From: a virus
Lineage: Duplodnaviria; Caudoviricetes
IMG/VR virus record: IMGVR_UViG_3300005805_000479
Span: 1 to 24,319 of that record
DNA: 24,319 nt
Direction: 5' to 3' (one strand)
Below the pieces are notes generated by a model that saw nothing but the letters and a program-made list of their open reading frames with translations, was not told the origin of the DNA and searched no databases. Both the position numbers and the translations under genes were made by a program. Below, in pieces: positions 1-9,110 of this stretch (positions are counted from its first letter, which is position 1; each line of letters begins with the position of its first letter).

Positions 1-302
1 TTCTTGAAAAAGCAATTTCAAGAGCAGCTAAGTCACTGCTGTTTGAATTCAATGATGAGTTTACGAGAGCTCAATTCAGAAATATCGTAGAGCCATTCCT
101 TCGTGATGTTCAGGGTAGAAGAGGAATCACAGACTTCAAAGTTGTTTGTGATGAAACTAACAACCCACCTAGCGTTATAGATAGAAATGAATTCGTAGGC
201 GACATCTACATCAAACCAGCACGTAGCATCAACTTTATCCAGTTGAACTTTGTTGCTGTAAGAACAGGTGTTGAGTTCTCCGAAATCGTAGGTTCATTTT
301 AA
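1..302 (+). CDS. gp18: Tail sheath protein (T4 gp18-like), C-terminal part; 5' end lies outside the window
   Basis: Not in the ORF track. The frame from nt 3 reads LEKAISRAAKSLLFEFNDEFTRAQFRNIVEPFLRDVQGRRGITDFKVVCDETNN...IDRNEFVGDIYIKPARSINFIQLNFVAVRTGVEFSEIVGSF*, the characteristic gp18 C-terminus. TAA at 300-302; directly upstream of the tail tube gene. Confidence 0.96.
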   Translation, partial: LEKAISRAAKSLLFEFNDEFTRAQFRNIVEPFLRDVQGRRGITDFKVVCDETNNPPSVIDRNEFVGDIYIKPARSINFIQLNFVAVRTGVEFSEIVGSF

Positions 303-321
303 TTAACGATAGGAGACAAAA

Positions 322-873
322 ATGGCATTTAACATAAACGATATTAGAAGTCAACTGACACTTGGAGGAGCGAGAGCATCGCTCTTTCAAGTAACAATAA
401 CTAATCCTGCTAACAGTCTTGCAGATATTAAAGTACCTTTCATGGTAAGAGCTTCTCAGATTCCTGCTTCAACATTAGGAGTTATTGAAGTTCCTTATTT
501 TGGAAGAAAAGTAAGATTGGCTGGTGACCGTACATTTGGAGAATGGTCAGTTGTTGTAATGAACGATGAAGACTTTCTAATTAGAAACGCAATGGAAGAG
601 TGGTCAAATCAAATCCAAACACTTCAGACAAACTTAAGAGGCTTTGGTGCTGCTTCCCCTCTACTATATAAATCAACAGCAACAGTAACACAATTTGCAA
701 AAACTGGTGTACCAATTAGAACATATACATTTAATGGTATTTTCCCAATTGAAATTTCTGCAATTGATGTTGATTGGAATGCTACAGATAGTATTGAAGA
801 ATTTAGTGTTGTCTTTGGATATGATTGGTGGGAAGTTACTGGTGGTATAACTGGTAACGCTGGCGGAGCCTAA
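322..873 (+). CDS. gp19: Tail tube protein (T4 gp19-like)
   Basis: GGARxxLF, IEVPYFGRKVRLAGDRTF, NDEDFLIRNAMEEW, FPxxISAIxxDW and IEEFSV motifs; AGGAG RBS at 311-315; sits between sheath and portal. Confidence 0.95.
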   Translation: MAFNINDIRSQLTLGGARASLFQVTITNPANSLADIKVPFMVRASQIPASTLGVIEVPYFGRKVRLAGDRTFGEWSVVVMNDEDFLIRNAMEEWSNQIQTLQTNLRGFGAASPLLYKSTATVTQFAKTGVPIRTYTFNGIFPIEISAIDVDWNATDSIEEFSVVFGYDWWEVTGGITGNAGGA

Positions 874-877
874 TAAC

Positions 878-900
878 GGGGGGAGCAATTCCCCCCTTTT
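878..900 (+). terminator. Rho-independent terminator after gp19
   Basis: GGGGGGA-GCAAT-TCCCCCC hairpin followed by TTTT, just after the gp19 stop. Confidence 0.8.
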
Positions 901-917
901 AATATTGGAGTAATAAC

Positions 918-2444
918 TTGGCAGAATTTTTTGGGTTCGAGATACGCAAAAAAGGTGAAGTAAAAGAAAATCTTGATGGGTTCACAGCTCCAGTCAATGA
1001 CGATGGAGCTGTTGTCGTTGCTGCTGGAGGTGTTTACGGTACATTTGTTGATCTAGAAGGGTCAGCAAAAACAGAAGCTGAGCTTGTAACAAAATATAGA
1101 GAAATGGCTCAGCATCCAGAGGTAATGTCTGCTGTTGATGATATTGTCAATGAGGCAATCACAACAGAAGAGAATATGGAAACTGTAAGAATTAACTTAG
1201 ACAAAGTTCAAGTTTCTTCTACAATCAAAAAACTTATTGAAGCAGAATTCCAAGAAGTAAAAAAGCTATTAGATTTTGAAAACCAAGCATACGACATTTT
1301 CAAAAGATGGTATGTCGATGGTAGAATGTATTACCAAGCAATCATCGACAGAAATGATCCAAGAGCTGGTATTAGAGAATTAAGATATATTGATCCTCGT
1401 AAGATTAGAAAAATTAAAGAAGTTAAACGCAAGAAACTACCTGGTAGATCAAACAGCCTTCAGCAAGCATCTGTTCAAAACATTGAAGCTGAATACTTTG
1501 TTTACAGTGAAAAGGGTTTTAAACCTGCTGCTGGTGATATCAACTCTACACAGGGTTTAAAGATTGCTAAGGATAGTATTGTTCATACTACATCTGGTTT
1601 GATGGACAAAGGAAACACTCTTGTTCTTTCATATCTCCACCAAGCAATAAAACCACTCAATCAGCTTAGAACTTTAGAAGATGCTGTCTTGATATACAGA
1701 GTATCAAGGGCACCTGAAAGAAGGATATTCTACATTGATGTAGGTAACCTTCCTAAGATGAAAGCAGAGCAGTATCTTCGTGACATGATGGTCCGTCATA
1801 AAAATAGAATCGTGTATGATTCTGCTACGGGTGAGATAAGAGACGATAGAAAATTTATGACCATGTTGGAAGACTATTGGCTTCCAAGAAGAGAAGGTAA
1901 CAGAGGTACAGAAATTTCTACTCTACCAGGTGGTCAGTTGACAGGTGAACTTAATGACGTTGAATACTTCCAGAAGAAGTTGTATCAATCATTGAATGTT
2001 CCCAATGCAAGATTGAATCCAGACTACACATACAATCCTGGTCGTTCAACAGAGATAAGCAGAGACGAGATCAAATTTGCCAAATTTATTGATCGTCTAA
2101 GATTACGCTTTAATGCTCTGTTTATTAAGACACTTGAAAAGCAACTGTTGTTAAAAGGTGTAACTACTAAAGATGAATGGGATCAGTTTTCTATTGATAT
2201 TGGTTTCAATTATTCAAGAGACAACTACTTTGCTGAGCTCAAAGATTCAGAAATCCTTGCTCAGCGTATGAATATTTTGCAGCAAGTAGATCCTTATGTT
2301 GGTAAGTATTTCTCATCGCTTTGGATTAAGAGAAACATTTTAAAGCAAACAGATGAAGAGATTGAAGAAATAGAAGATGAAATGCTAGCAGATTTGCAGC
2401 AAATGACGGGTCAAAGTGAACCTCCGCAAAATGAATCGCAATAA
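918..2444 (+). CDS. gp20: Portal vertex protein (T4 gp20-like), TTG start
   Basis: YREMAxHPEV, WYVDGR, IYRVSRAPERRIFYIDVGNLPKMKAEQYL, MLEDYWLPRREGNRGTEISTLPGG and EISRDEIKF motifs; GGAG RBS at 907-910. Confidence 0.97.
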   Translation: MAEFFGFEIRKKGEVKENLDGFTAPVNDDGAVVVAAGGVYGTFVDLEGSAKTEAELVTKYREMAQHPEVMSAVDDIVNEAITTEENMETVRINLDKVQVSSTIKKLIEAEFQEVKKLLDFENQAYDIFKRWYVDGRMYYQAIIDRNDPRAGIRELRYIDPRKIRKIKEVKRKKLPGRSNSLQQASVQNIEAEYFVYSEKGFKPAAGDINSTQGLKIAKDSIVHTTSGLMDKGNTLVLSYLHQAIKPLNQLRTLEDAVLIYRVSRAPERRIFYIDVGNLPKMKAEQYLRDMMVRHKNRIVYDSATGEIRDDRKFMTMLEDYWLPRREGNRGTEISTLPGGQLTGELNDVEYFQKKLYQSLNVPNARLNPDYTYNPGRSTEISRDEIKFAKFIDRLRLRFNALFIKTLEKQLLLKGVTTKDEWDQFSIDIGFNYSRDNYFAELKDSEILAQRMNILQQVDPYVGKYFSSLWIKRNILKQTDEEIEEIEDEMLADLQQMTGQSEPPQNESQ

Positions 2445-2447
2445 ATA
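2440..2447 (+). promoter_or_regulatory. Putative gp55-dependent late promoter (AATAAATA)
   Basis: One mismatch to the T4 late consensus TATAAATA; overlaps the portal stop and lies about 20 nt upstream of the next start. Confidence 0.65.
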
Positions 2448-2466
2448 GTATATAAGGAGAATTATT

Positions 2467-2724
2467 ATGGAATATACCACGCAAGATTTAGTAATGGCTG
2501 CAATAAAAGGAGATGCTGTTGGTTCAGCAGAAGCTTTTAATAATTTAATTACAGATAGAATTGCTTCTTCTATCCAAGACAGAAAACTTGAACTGGCTCA
2601 ATCAATATTTAACAGTAATCAGCAACCTGAAGAAGATGAGTATGAGGAAGATGAGGAGTACGACGAAGATGAAGATTTAGAGGCTGATGAAGAAGACGAA
2701 GAGGAAGAAGATGAAAACGCTTAA
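2467..2724 (+). CDS. Small acidic prohead core protein (gp67-like)
   Basis: 85 aa, directly after portal with an AAGGAG RBS; FxxLIxDRIxxxIxxRKxELAxSIF helix followed by a long E/D tail. Called from position and composition. Confidence 0.65.
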   Translation: MEYTTQDLVMAAIKGDAVGSAEAFNNLITDRIASSIQDRKLELAQSIFNSNQQPEEDEYEEDEEYDEDEDLEADEEDEEEEDENA

Positions 2725-3223
2725 ACAAATTTTATCTACAGCTAATTACGCTAACTCAACCAAAGACCTTGAGAACTTTGTTGCAAAGCACGAAGTTGAA
2801 AAGATAGAAGATGCCAATGGAAACAAGGATGATGTTTTTCAGGGCACCAATGTTAAAACAGTTAAAAGAGCCCAGGAAAGACATGGATACGATACTCCAA
2901 AAGATCAAGCAGTTCATGAGCAGTTTGAAGACCTCTCTGAAAAAACTCTTACAAAAGCAGAAATGAAAAAAAGAGAAGAAATATCACAAGCTATGGAGAG
3001 AGACAATCCCAACATGCCTATGGCTAAGAAAATGGCTATTGCTACTGCAACAGCAAAACGAGTTGCTGAGGAAGTTGAAGAAACAACATTTGAAGAAGAT
3101 TTAGTTGAGCTCTATTTTGCACTTAACGAAGAAGACAGAGACGAATTAATTGATATCCTCAATGAAGAAGATGAAGATCTACTTTTAGAATTCGTTGAGT
3201 CTTTGGAGGAAGAAAATGTCTGA
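2711..3223 (+). CDS. Acidic prohead core/internal head protein (hypothetical)
   Basis: The track ORF starts at 2687, but ATG 2711 follows a GAGGA RBS (2701-2705). Lies between gp67-like and gp21; acidic, with several hydrophobic-x-E sites that could be prohead protease substrates. Confidence 0.55.
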   Translation: MKTLKQILSTANYANSTKDLENFVAKHEVEKIEDANGNKDDVFQGTNVKTVKRAQERHGYDTPKDQAVHEQFEDLSEKTLTKAEMKKREEISQAMERDNPNMPMAKKMAIATATAKRVAEEVEETTFEEDLVELYFALNEEDRDELIDILNEEDEDLLLEFVESLEEENV

Positions 3224-3506
3224 CATTCTAAAAGTTCTAGGCAATGAAGTAACTTTAGATTCAGTAGGAGCTAATACTACAATTTCCACTGTAGACGGAT
3301 CAGTTTTAGTGAGGTTGTTTAATACAAGCAATGATACAATAGTTACAGTTACTCAACAGACATCAGCAAATGCAAACGTAGCTTCATTTAGCTTGGGCTA
3401 TCTTGGAACAGATATGTCATTTGTCTTTTTAAGAAAAGAAGCTTCAGATAAAATAATTGTTAGTGCCAATAGTACAGTTAAAGCAGTTCCTGTTGGGTAT
3501 TACTAA
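3216..3506 (+). CDS. Hypothetical small beta-rich virion-associated protein
   Basis: Start revised from TTG 3195 to ATG 3216 because of the GGAGGA RBS at 3205-3210. S/T/V/N-rich; located in the head module. Function unknown. Confidence 0.6.
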   Translation: MSDILKVLGNEVTLDSVGANTTISTVDGSVLVRLFNTSNDTIVTVTQQTSANANVASFSLGYLGTDMSFVFLRKEASDKIIVSANSTVKAVPVGYY

Positions 3507-3515
3507 GGAAAGAAC

Positions 3516-4184
3516 ATGAAACTTATTACCGAATTAGTAGAAGAAGTCAAATATCTTACTGAAGAAAAAGAAGGTAAGAAAAATCTCTATATTGAAGGTG
3601 TTTTCCTTCAAGCAAATATTCCTAATCGTAACAACAGAATGTATCGAGTTGATATTCTCGAGAGAGAAGTTAATCGTTACAATACAGAGTATGTTGCTAA
3701 GAATAGAGCTTTAGGAGAATTAGGACATCCTAATGGACCTTCTATTAATCTGGATAGGGCTTCTCATAAAATTGAGTCTCTTCGTAGAGAAGGAGACAAT
3801 TTTATTGGACGTGCTAAAATTTTAGACACACCAATGGGAAATATTGCCAGAAGTTTGATTGAGAGCAATTGTTGCGTTGGAGTTTCATCTAGAGGAATGG
3901 GTTCTCTCAAACAGAACAATAAAGGCATTAATGAAGTTCAAGATGACTTCTATCTGGCTACTGCTGCTGACATTGTAGCAGATCCTTCTGCTCCTGATGC
4001 TTTCGTACAAGGAATTATGGAAGGAGTTGAGTGGGTTTGGGATAATGGAATTATTAAAGCTCAGAAAATTGAAGAGCTAAAAGAACAGGTCACAAAGTCT
4101 TCTAGAAAGCAATTAGAATCTACGAAGATGAAAGTTTTTGAATCCTTTATAAATCAACTCTCTAATAAGCAATTTTATAAATAA
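3516..4184 (+). CDS. gp21: Prohead protease (T4 gp21-like)
   Basis: MKLITE, YIEGVFLQ, NxNxRxY, RALGELGHP, GVSSRGMGSL and ADIVADPSAPDAFV motifs. Confidence 0.97.
   Translation: MKLITELVEEVKYLTEEKEGKKNLYIEGVFLQANIPNRNNRMYRVDILEREVNRYNTEYVAKNRALGELGHPNGPSINLDRASHKIESLRREGDNFIGRAKILDTPMGNIARSLIESNCCVGVSSRGMGSLKQNNKGINEVQDDFYLATAADIVADPSAPDAFVQGIMEGVEWVWDNGIIKAQKIEELKEQVTKSSRKQLESTKMKVFESFINQLSNKQFYK
4176..4183 (+). promoter_or_regulatory. Late promoter TATAAATA upstream of the scaffold gene
   Basis: Exact T4 late consensus about 30 nt upstream of the gp22 start. Confidence 0.8.
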
Positions 4185-4213
4185 TACATATAAAATCAAC
4201 AAGGAGCATTAAA

Positions 4214-5170
4214 ATGGCTACAAAAGAATTAAAAGAAAAGGTTTCTGTTGGTGGTGGAACTACGGGTATTTCCTCAGTTCCCGATCCAGTAGGAGGAACA
4301 GCAACTCTTCCAGCTTCTAAGAAGCAAGGAGAGGGAATGCAGAAGGCTCAGGGAGATATGCAAGACACTAACCCAGAAAATAACACAGCACCAACAGGTG
4401 ATATGTCTGATCAGAACAAAGCTACTATCGCTAGCAAACTAGGTGCTGTCAAAGAGCACGTTGATGCTATGTTTAACGACGAAGAGCTTTCAGAAGAATT
4501 TAGAGAAAAAGCAACTGTAATTTTTGAAGCTGCAATTGCTGCTAAAGCAGAAGAGATTGAAGCTGCTCTTGATGAGCAATACAGCCAAAAATTTGAAGAT
4601 GCTAAAGTAGAGATTTACGAGGAAATGACTGCCCGCGTAGACGAGTATCTAAACTACATCGTTGAGCAGTGGATGGAAGAGAATCAAGTTGCAATCGAAT
4701 CCAGTCTTAGAACTGAGATTGCAGAAGACTTCATCCATGGTATGAAGAACCTCTTTAAAGAACATTATGTTGAAGTACCCGATGAGAAGTATGATGTGCT
4801 TGGAGAGTTAGCACAGCGAGTTGAGGAGCTAGAAGAGCAACTTAATGATACAGTAAATGAGAATATTGAACTTAGAGCTCAGCTTTCTGAAACAACTAAA
4901 GAGCAGTTAATTCAAGATGTTGCAGAAGGCCTAGCAGCTACACAAGTAGAGAAATTCAAAGCTCTTGCTGAAGGTGTTGAGTATGGTGATGCTGAAGAAT
5001 ATAAGCGTAAGCTTGAAATTGTAAAGGAAAATTATTTCCCTTCCGAGAAAAAAGCATCTGTTCTTGATACAGAAGAAGTTGAGAGTTTGAGTGAAGGATA
5101 TGAGGGTAACAAGGTAGTAACTCCTGTATCTAATTATGTCCAAGCAATCGCGCGTACTATCAAAAGATAA
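4214..5170 (+). CDS. gp22: Prohead core scaffolding protein (T4 gp22-like)
   Basis: LSEEFREKATVIFEAAI, VDEYLNYIVEQWMEENQVAIE, FIxGMKNLFxEHY and KLEIVKENYF motifs; acidic coiled coil; between protease and capsid genes; AAGGAG RBS. Confidence 0.93.
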   Translation: MATKELKEKVSVGGGTTGISSVPDPVGGTATLPASKKQGEGMQKAQGDMQDTNPENNTAPTGDMSDQNKATIASKLGAVKEHVDAMFNDEELSEEFREKATVIFEAAIAAKAEEIEAALDEQYSQKFEDAKVEIYEEMTARVDEYLNYIVEQWMEENQVAIESSLRTEIAEDFIHGMKNLFKEHYVEVPDEKYDVLGELAQRVEELEEQLNDTVNENIELRAQLSETTKEQLIQDVAEGLAATQVEKFKALAEGVEYGDAEEYKRKLEIVKENYFPSEKKASVLDTEEVESLSEGYEGNKVVTPVSNYVQAIARTIKR

Positions 5171-5175
5171 TAATT

Positions 5176-5183
5176 TATAAATA
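5176..5183 (+). promoter_or_regulatory. Late promoter TATAAATA upstream of the major capsid gene
   Basis: Exact consensus in the gp22-gp23 intergenic region. Confidence 0.85.
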
Positions 5184-5224
5184 ATTTTAGACCCAATTTT
5201 AAAACGAAGAAAGGGAGTCCAACC

Positions 5225-6562
5225 ATGTATTTAACTGAAGACATTCAAGCAAAGTGGAAGCCTGTTATTGAGCACGAAGATCTTCCAAAGATCTCCGATG
5301 TTCATAAGAGAGGTGTTACCGCTGTACTTCTTGAGAACACAGAAAAGGCTTTGAGAGAAGCTGGTGCTTATGGCGGCCAGTATCTTACAGAAGCTCCTAC
5401 AAACGCTATCGGTAATCCCGATTCCACAAACGCAGGTGCAATTGATACATTTGACCCTGTATTGATTTCTCTTGTTCGCCGTGCAATGCCTAATCTCATT
5501 GCTTATGATATTTGCGGTGTCCAGCCTATGACTGGTCCTACAGGTCTCATTTTTGCAATGCGTGCTCGTTACAGCAACAATGACGGTACAGAAGCATTCT
5601 ACAATGAGCCAAACACAGCATTTGCTACTATCGTTTCTGGTGCAAATACTCTTGGTCTTAAGCACACTGGTACACTTCCTGGTAACACAACATACCAGTC
5701 TAACCTTGCTCAAGAGGGTGTATACAACTATGGTACCGGTCTTTCAACAGCTAATGCTGAAGGTCTTGGAAATAGCACACTTACATTCCCTGAGATGGCA
5801 TTCTCAATTGAGAAAGTAACTGTTACAGCTAAGACACGTGCTCTTAAAGCTGAGTACTCAATGGAACTTGCTCAGGACCTTAAAGCAATTCATGGTCTTG
5901 ATGCTGAGACAGAGCTTTCTAACATTCTTTCTACAGAGATTCTTGCTGAAATCAACCGTGAAGTTGTTCGTTCTATCAACGTAACAGCTAAGCAGGGTGC
6001 AGAAGGTACAGCAGATCCTGGTATTTTTGACCTTGACGTTGATGCTAATGGTCGTTGGTCCGTTGAGAAGTTCAAGGGTCTAATGTTCCAAGTTGAGCGT
6101 GAAGCTAACCAAATTGCCAAAGATACTCGTAGAGGTAAAGGTAACATCATCATCTGCTCAAGCGATGTCGCTTCTGCACTTCAGATGGCTGGTGTTCTTG
6201 ATTACGCTCCTGCTCTTAACAGCAACAACCTCAATGTTGATGACACTGGTGCTACATTTGCTGGTGTTCTAAACGGACGTATCCGTGTTTACATCGATCC
6301 ATATGCTGCTGGTGGCAACTATATGACAGTTGGATACAAGGGTGCCAGCGCATTTGATGCTGGTCTCTTCTACTGCCCATATGTTCCTCTCCAGATGGTT
6401 CGTGCAGTTGATCAGTCTACATTCCAACCAAAAATTGGATTTAAGACACGTTACGGAATGGTTGCAAACCCATTTGCTGGTGGTGAGACAGCTTCTCTTG
6501 GTGTTCTCACAAAAGACCAGAACGTATACTACAGACGTGTTCTTGTTACAAACATCCTGTAA
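5225..6562 (+). CDS. gp23: Major capsid protein (T4 gp23-like)
   Basis: DPVLISLVRRAMPNLIAYDICGVQPMTGPTGLIFAMR, RALKAEYSMELAQDLKAIHGLDAETEL, DAGLFYCPYVPL and FQPKIGFKTRYG motifs. Confidence 0.99.
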   Translation: MYLTEDIQAKWKPVIEHEDLPKISDVHKRGVTAVLLENTEKALREAGAYGGQYLTEAPTNAIGNPDSTNAGAIDTFDPVLISLVRRAMPNLIAYDICGVQPMTGPTGLIFAMRARYSNNDGTEAFYNEPNTAFATIVSGANTLGLKHTGTLPGNTTYQSNLAQEGVYNYGTGLSTANAEGLGNSTLTFPEMAFSIEKVTVTAKTRALKAEYSMELAQDLKAIHGLDAETELSNILSTEILAEINREVVRSINVTAKQGAEGTADPGIFDLDVDANGRWSVEKFKGLMFQVEREANQIAKDTRRGKGNIIICSSDVASALQMAGVLDYAPALNSNNLNVDDTGATFAGVLNGRIRVYIDPYAAGGNYMTVGYKGASAFDAGLFYCPYVPLQMVRAVDQSTFQPKIGFKTRYGMVANPFAGGETASLGVLTKDQNVYYRRVLVTNIL

Positions 6563-6588
6563 TAATAAAAACAATAGCAGATGTTTTG

Positions 6589-6615
6589 AAGGCCCACGAA
6601 AGTGGGCCTTTTTTT
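6589..6615 (+). terminator. Rho-independent terminator after gp23
   Basis: AAGGCCCAC-GAAA-GTGGGCCTT perfect stem with a GNRA tetraloop, ending in a run of 7 T. Confidence 0.93.
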
Positions 6616-6618
6616 ATG

Positions 6619-6626
6619 CATAAATA
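6619..6626 (+). promoter_or_regulatory. Putative late promoter (CATAAATA) for gp3
   Basis: One mismatch to TATAAATA, right after the terminator and just before the AAGGAG RBS of gp3. Confidence 0.7.
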
Positions 6627-6642
6627 GTGGAAAGGAGATAAT

Positions 6643-7164
6643 ATGTCAGCTTTAAGTAATCAACCTACCAATAACAACTTTCTTTCTCCACTTGGTCTAA
6701 GATTTACGATCAAGAAAACTCCCTTAGTCAATTACTTTGTTCAATCAGCTACAATACCTTCGGTTTCTATTGGTCGTGTTGATATACCTAACCCATTTGT
6801 AAAGATCCCTTTTGCTGGTACTCAACTTACCTTTGATCCTTTGGCAATAGTATTTAAAGTTGATGAAGATATGAAAAATTATCTTGAGATTTATAATTGG
6901 CTAATTGGACTTGGTTTTCCAGAAGACTTCAATCAATATAAGACACTCGCAAGTGCTCAACCTATGTCAGGGGAAGGTATTGTATCTGATTGTACATTAA
7001 CAGTTCTTTCTAGTGCAATGAATCCAAATATTGAGATTGTGTTTTATGATGCATATCCAACATCATTATCAAGTATATCTTTAGATTCAAGAGAGCAAGA
7101 TGTAAACTACATTGACGCTACAGTTACATTTGCCTATAGAAGTTTTAAAATAATTAACCTTTAA
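6643..7164 (+). CDS. gp3: Tail completion and sheath stabilizer (T4 gp3-like)
   Basis: NFLSPxGxRF, FxVDEDMKNYLEIYNW, SDxTLxxL and FxDAYPTSLS motifs; gp23-gp3-uvsY order. Confidence 0.88.
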   Translation: MSALSNQPTNNNFLSPLGLRFTIKKTPLVNYFVQSATIPSVSIGRVDIPNPFVKIPFAGTQLTFDPLAIVFKVDEDMKNYLEIYNWLIGLGFPEDFNQYKTLASAQPMSGEGIVSDCTLTVLSSAMNPNIEIVFYDAYPTSLSSISLDSREQDVNYIDATVTFAYRSFKIINL

Positions 7165-7167
7165 CTG

Positions 7168-7196
7168 TTGATTTATAGTATTATTTTCTGTATACT
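7168..7196 (+). promoter_or_regulatory. Host sigma70-type early/middle promoter
   Basis: TTGATT (7168-7173), a 17 bp spacer, then TATACT (7191-7196); intergenic, upstream of the uvsY GGAG RBS. Confidence 0.75.
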
Positions 7197-7220
7197 TCAT
7201 TTAACTTTTATGGAGTATAC

Positions 7221-7655
7221 ATGAAACTAGAAGATATTATTAGTGAGTGGGAAAATGATTCTAAAATTGATCGCACAGAGCTTGCAGAAGAAAGTTTAAA
7301 GATAGCTCAGCTTCACTCTAAGTATTATAAACTGTTTCTTGCTGAGCGCACTCAGTTAAAGAAATGGCAGAGTGAGTTCAAACAACTGTATAAAGTCAAG
7401 TTTGAATATTATAATGGAACAATAAGTGATGAAGAGTTGAAAGAACGTGATTGGGAGCCATTTGCTCTTAAAGTTCTTAAGAATGATTTAGATGTTTATT
7501 TGGATGCAGATAGTGACTTGATTTACGCTCAACAAAAGATATCCTTACAAGAAGATAAAGTGCAGTTTGTTGAGAACATAATCAAATCTCTCACAGCGAG
7601 AGGATACAATATTAAATCTGCTATTGAATGGATTAAATGGTCTCAAGGTGGCTAA
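7221..7655 (+). CDS. uvsY: Recombination mediator UvsY
   Basis: WxxDSKID...LxxESLKIxxLHSKY, YYxG, YLDADxD and RGYNIKSAIEW motifs; upstream of uvsW. Confidence 0.9.
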   Translation: MKLEDIISEWENDSKIDRTELAEESLKIAQLHSKYYKLFLAERTQLKKWQSEFKQLYKVKFEYYNGTISDEELKERDWEPFALKVLKNDLDVYLDADSDLIYAQQKISLQEDKVQFVENIIKSLTARGYNIKSAIEWIKWSQGG

Positions 7656-9109
7656 TGGATACATTAACAATAAGAAAAGTAGATGATGTTTATATCAAAG
7701 TAATGTGTGACCCTGGCACAGCAATGGAACTAAGTGAATATTTTACTTTCATGGTACCTGGTGCAAAACACATGCATCTTTATAAAATAAAGAAATGGGA
7801 TGGTAAGATAAGATTGTTTCATGCAATGTCAAGATCTGTGTATGGTGGGTTATTAAACCACATTCTACAGTTTGCTAAAGAAAGAGACTATCCTGTTGAA
7901 TATGAAAATCCTAATGATTTTAATGACACAGAGTTCTCTGTAATAGAAGCAAAAGACTTCGCCAAAGAAATAAATCTTACACTAGAGCCTAGAGATTACC
8001 AGTACGAAGCCTTTGTTCATGCTGTAAGAAAAAGAAGAGCTTTGTTATTATCCCCAACTGCTTCAGGTAAATCATTAATCATTTACCTACTCTCAAAGAT
8101 GTATGAGAATGAAAAGGTTCTCATCATCGTTCCAACGACATCTCTTGTACATCAAATGGCTAGTGACTTTGTTAGTTATGGATGCGACGAAAAAGATATT
8201 CATAAAATTTATTCTGGAGAAGAAAAGTCTTCTGAATGTCCTTTTGTTGTCACTACTTGGCAATCAATATACAAGTTAGATAAGAAATGGTTCCAACAAT
8301 TTGGATGTGTTATCGGTGATGAAGCTCATCTGTTCAAAGCAAAAAGTCTATCTTCTATATTAGAAAAATTAGTAGTGTGTCCATATCGTTTTGGATTCAC
8401 TGGTACTCTTGATGGAACAGAAACACATAAGCTAGTTTTAGAAGGTTTGTTTGGTGCTGTGAAGAAGGTTACGACAACTGCTGAATTGATAGAACAAAAG
8501 CATCTTTCTAGTTTTAAGATTAAAGCTATTATACTTAAACACAGTGATGAAAAGTGTGAACTGCTTAAGAAAGCTGACTATCAACAAGAGATAGACTTTC
8601 TTGTGAATAACAAGCAAAGAAATAGATTTATTACTAATCTAGCTCTGTCTGTAGAAGGTAATACTCTCGTGCTTTATCAGCTCGTAGAAAAGCACGGTGA
8701 AGTACTGTATAATATGATACTTGATAAACAGTCTAAACACGATGTATACTTCGTTCACGGAGGAGTTGAGGGCGAGGACAGGGAAGAGATTAGAAAACTT
8801 GTAGAAACGAAGAATAACGCTATTATCGTCGCATCTTACAGAACATTTTCTACGGGTGTTAATATTAAGAACCTACATAACATTATATTTGCTAGTCCTT
8901 CTAAATCTAGGGTTAGAAATCTTCAATCAATAGGAAGAGGTTTAAGAAAGAGTGATTCTAAAGAAGTAGCAACACTTTATGATATTGCTGACGATCTTCG
9001 TTATAAATCTAAGACAAATTATGCATTACTGCACTTTTTAGAAAGAGTAAAAGTGTATGGTGAAGAGAAGTTCCAGTATAAGATTTACAACGTACAACTG
9101 AAGGATTAA
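7655..9109 (+). CDS. uvsW: SF2 DNA/RNA-DNA helicase UvsW
   Basis: PRDYQ, SPTASGKS (Walker A), DEAH, GFTGTL and QSIGRGLR motifs. ATG 7655 (TAATG overlap with uvsY) is preferred over the track start 7637. Confidence 0.95.
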   Translation: MDTLTIRKVDDVYIKVMCDPGTAMELSEYFTFMVPGAKHMHLYKIKKWDGKIRLFHAMSRSVYGGLLNHILQFAKERDYPVEYENPNDFNDTEFSVIEAKDFAKEINLTLEPRDYQYEAFVHAVRKRRALLLSPTASGKSLIIYLLSKMYENEKVLIIVPTTSLVHQMASDFVSYGCDEKDIHKIYSGEEKSSECPFVVTTWQSIYKLDKKWFQQFGCVIGDEAHLFKAKSLSSILEKLVVCPYRFGFTGTLDGTETHKLVLEGLFGAVKKVTTTAELIEQKHLSSFKIKAIILKHSDEKCELLKKADYQQEIDFLVNNKQRNRFITNLALSVEGNTLVLYQLVEKHGEVLYNMILDKQSKHDVYFVHGGVEGEDREEIRKLVETKNNAIIVASYRTFSTGVNIKNLHNIIFASPSKSRVRNLQSIGRGLRKSDSKEVATLYDIADDLRYKSKTNYALLHFLERVKVYGEEKFQYKIYNVQLKD

Positions 9110-9110
9110 T

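Noticed and set aside
2626-2715. GAA/GAG/GAT-rich quasi-repeat
   Set aside because: It simply encodes the acidic E/D tail of the gp67-like protein; not a tandem array or CRISPR.
5231-6623. Several antisense and alternate-frame ORFs over gp23 (5231-5713, 5553-5819, 5890-6153, 6269-6574, 6330-6623)
   Set aside because: They are shadows of a highly codon-biased conserved gene, with no recognisable motifs.
6563-6642. Absence of a gp24 vertex gene after gp23
   Set aside because: The gp23-gp3-uvsY-uvsW order is usual in cyanophage-like T4 relatives, so this is not anomalous.
8706-8713. TGTATAAT -10-like box inside uvsW (also TATAAT at 16288-16293)
   Set aside because: No convincing -35 at 16-18 bp spacing; such hexamers are expected by chance in AT-rich coding DNA.
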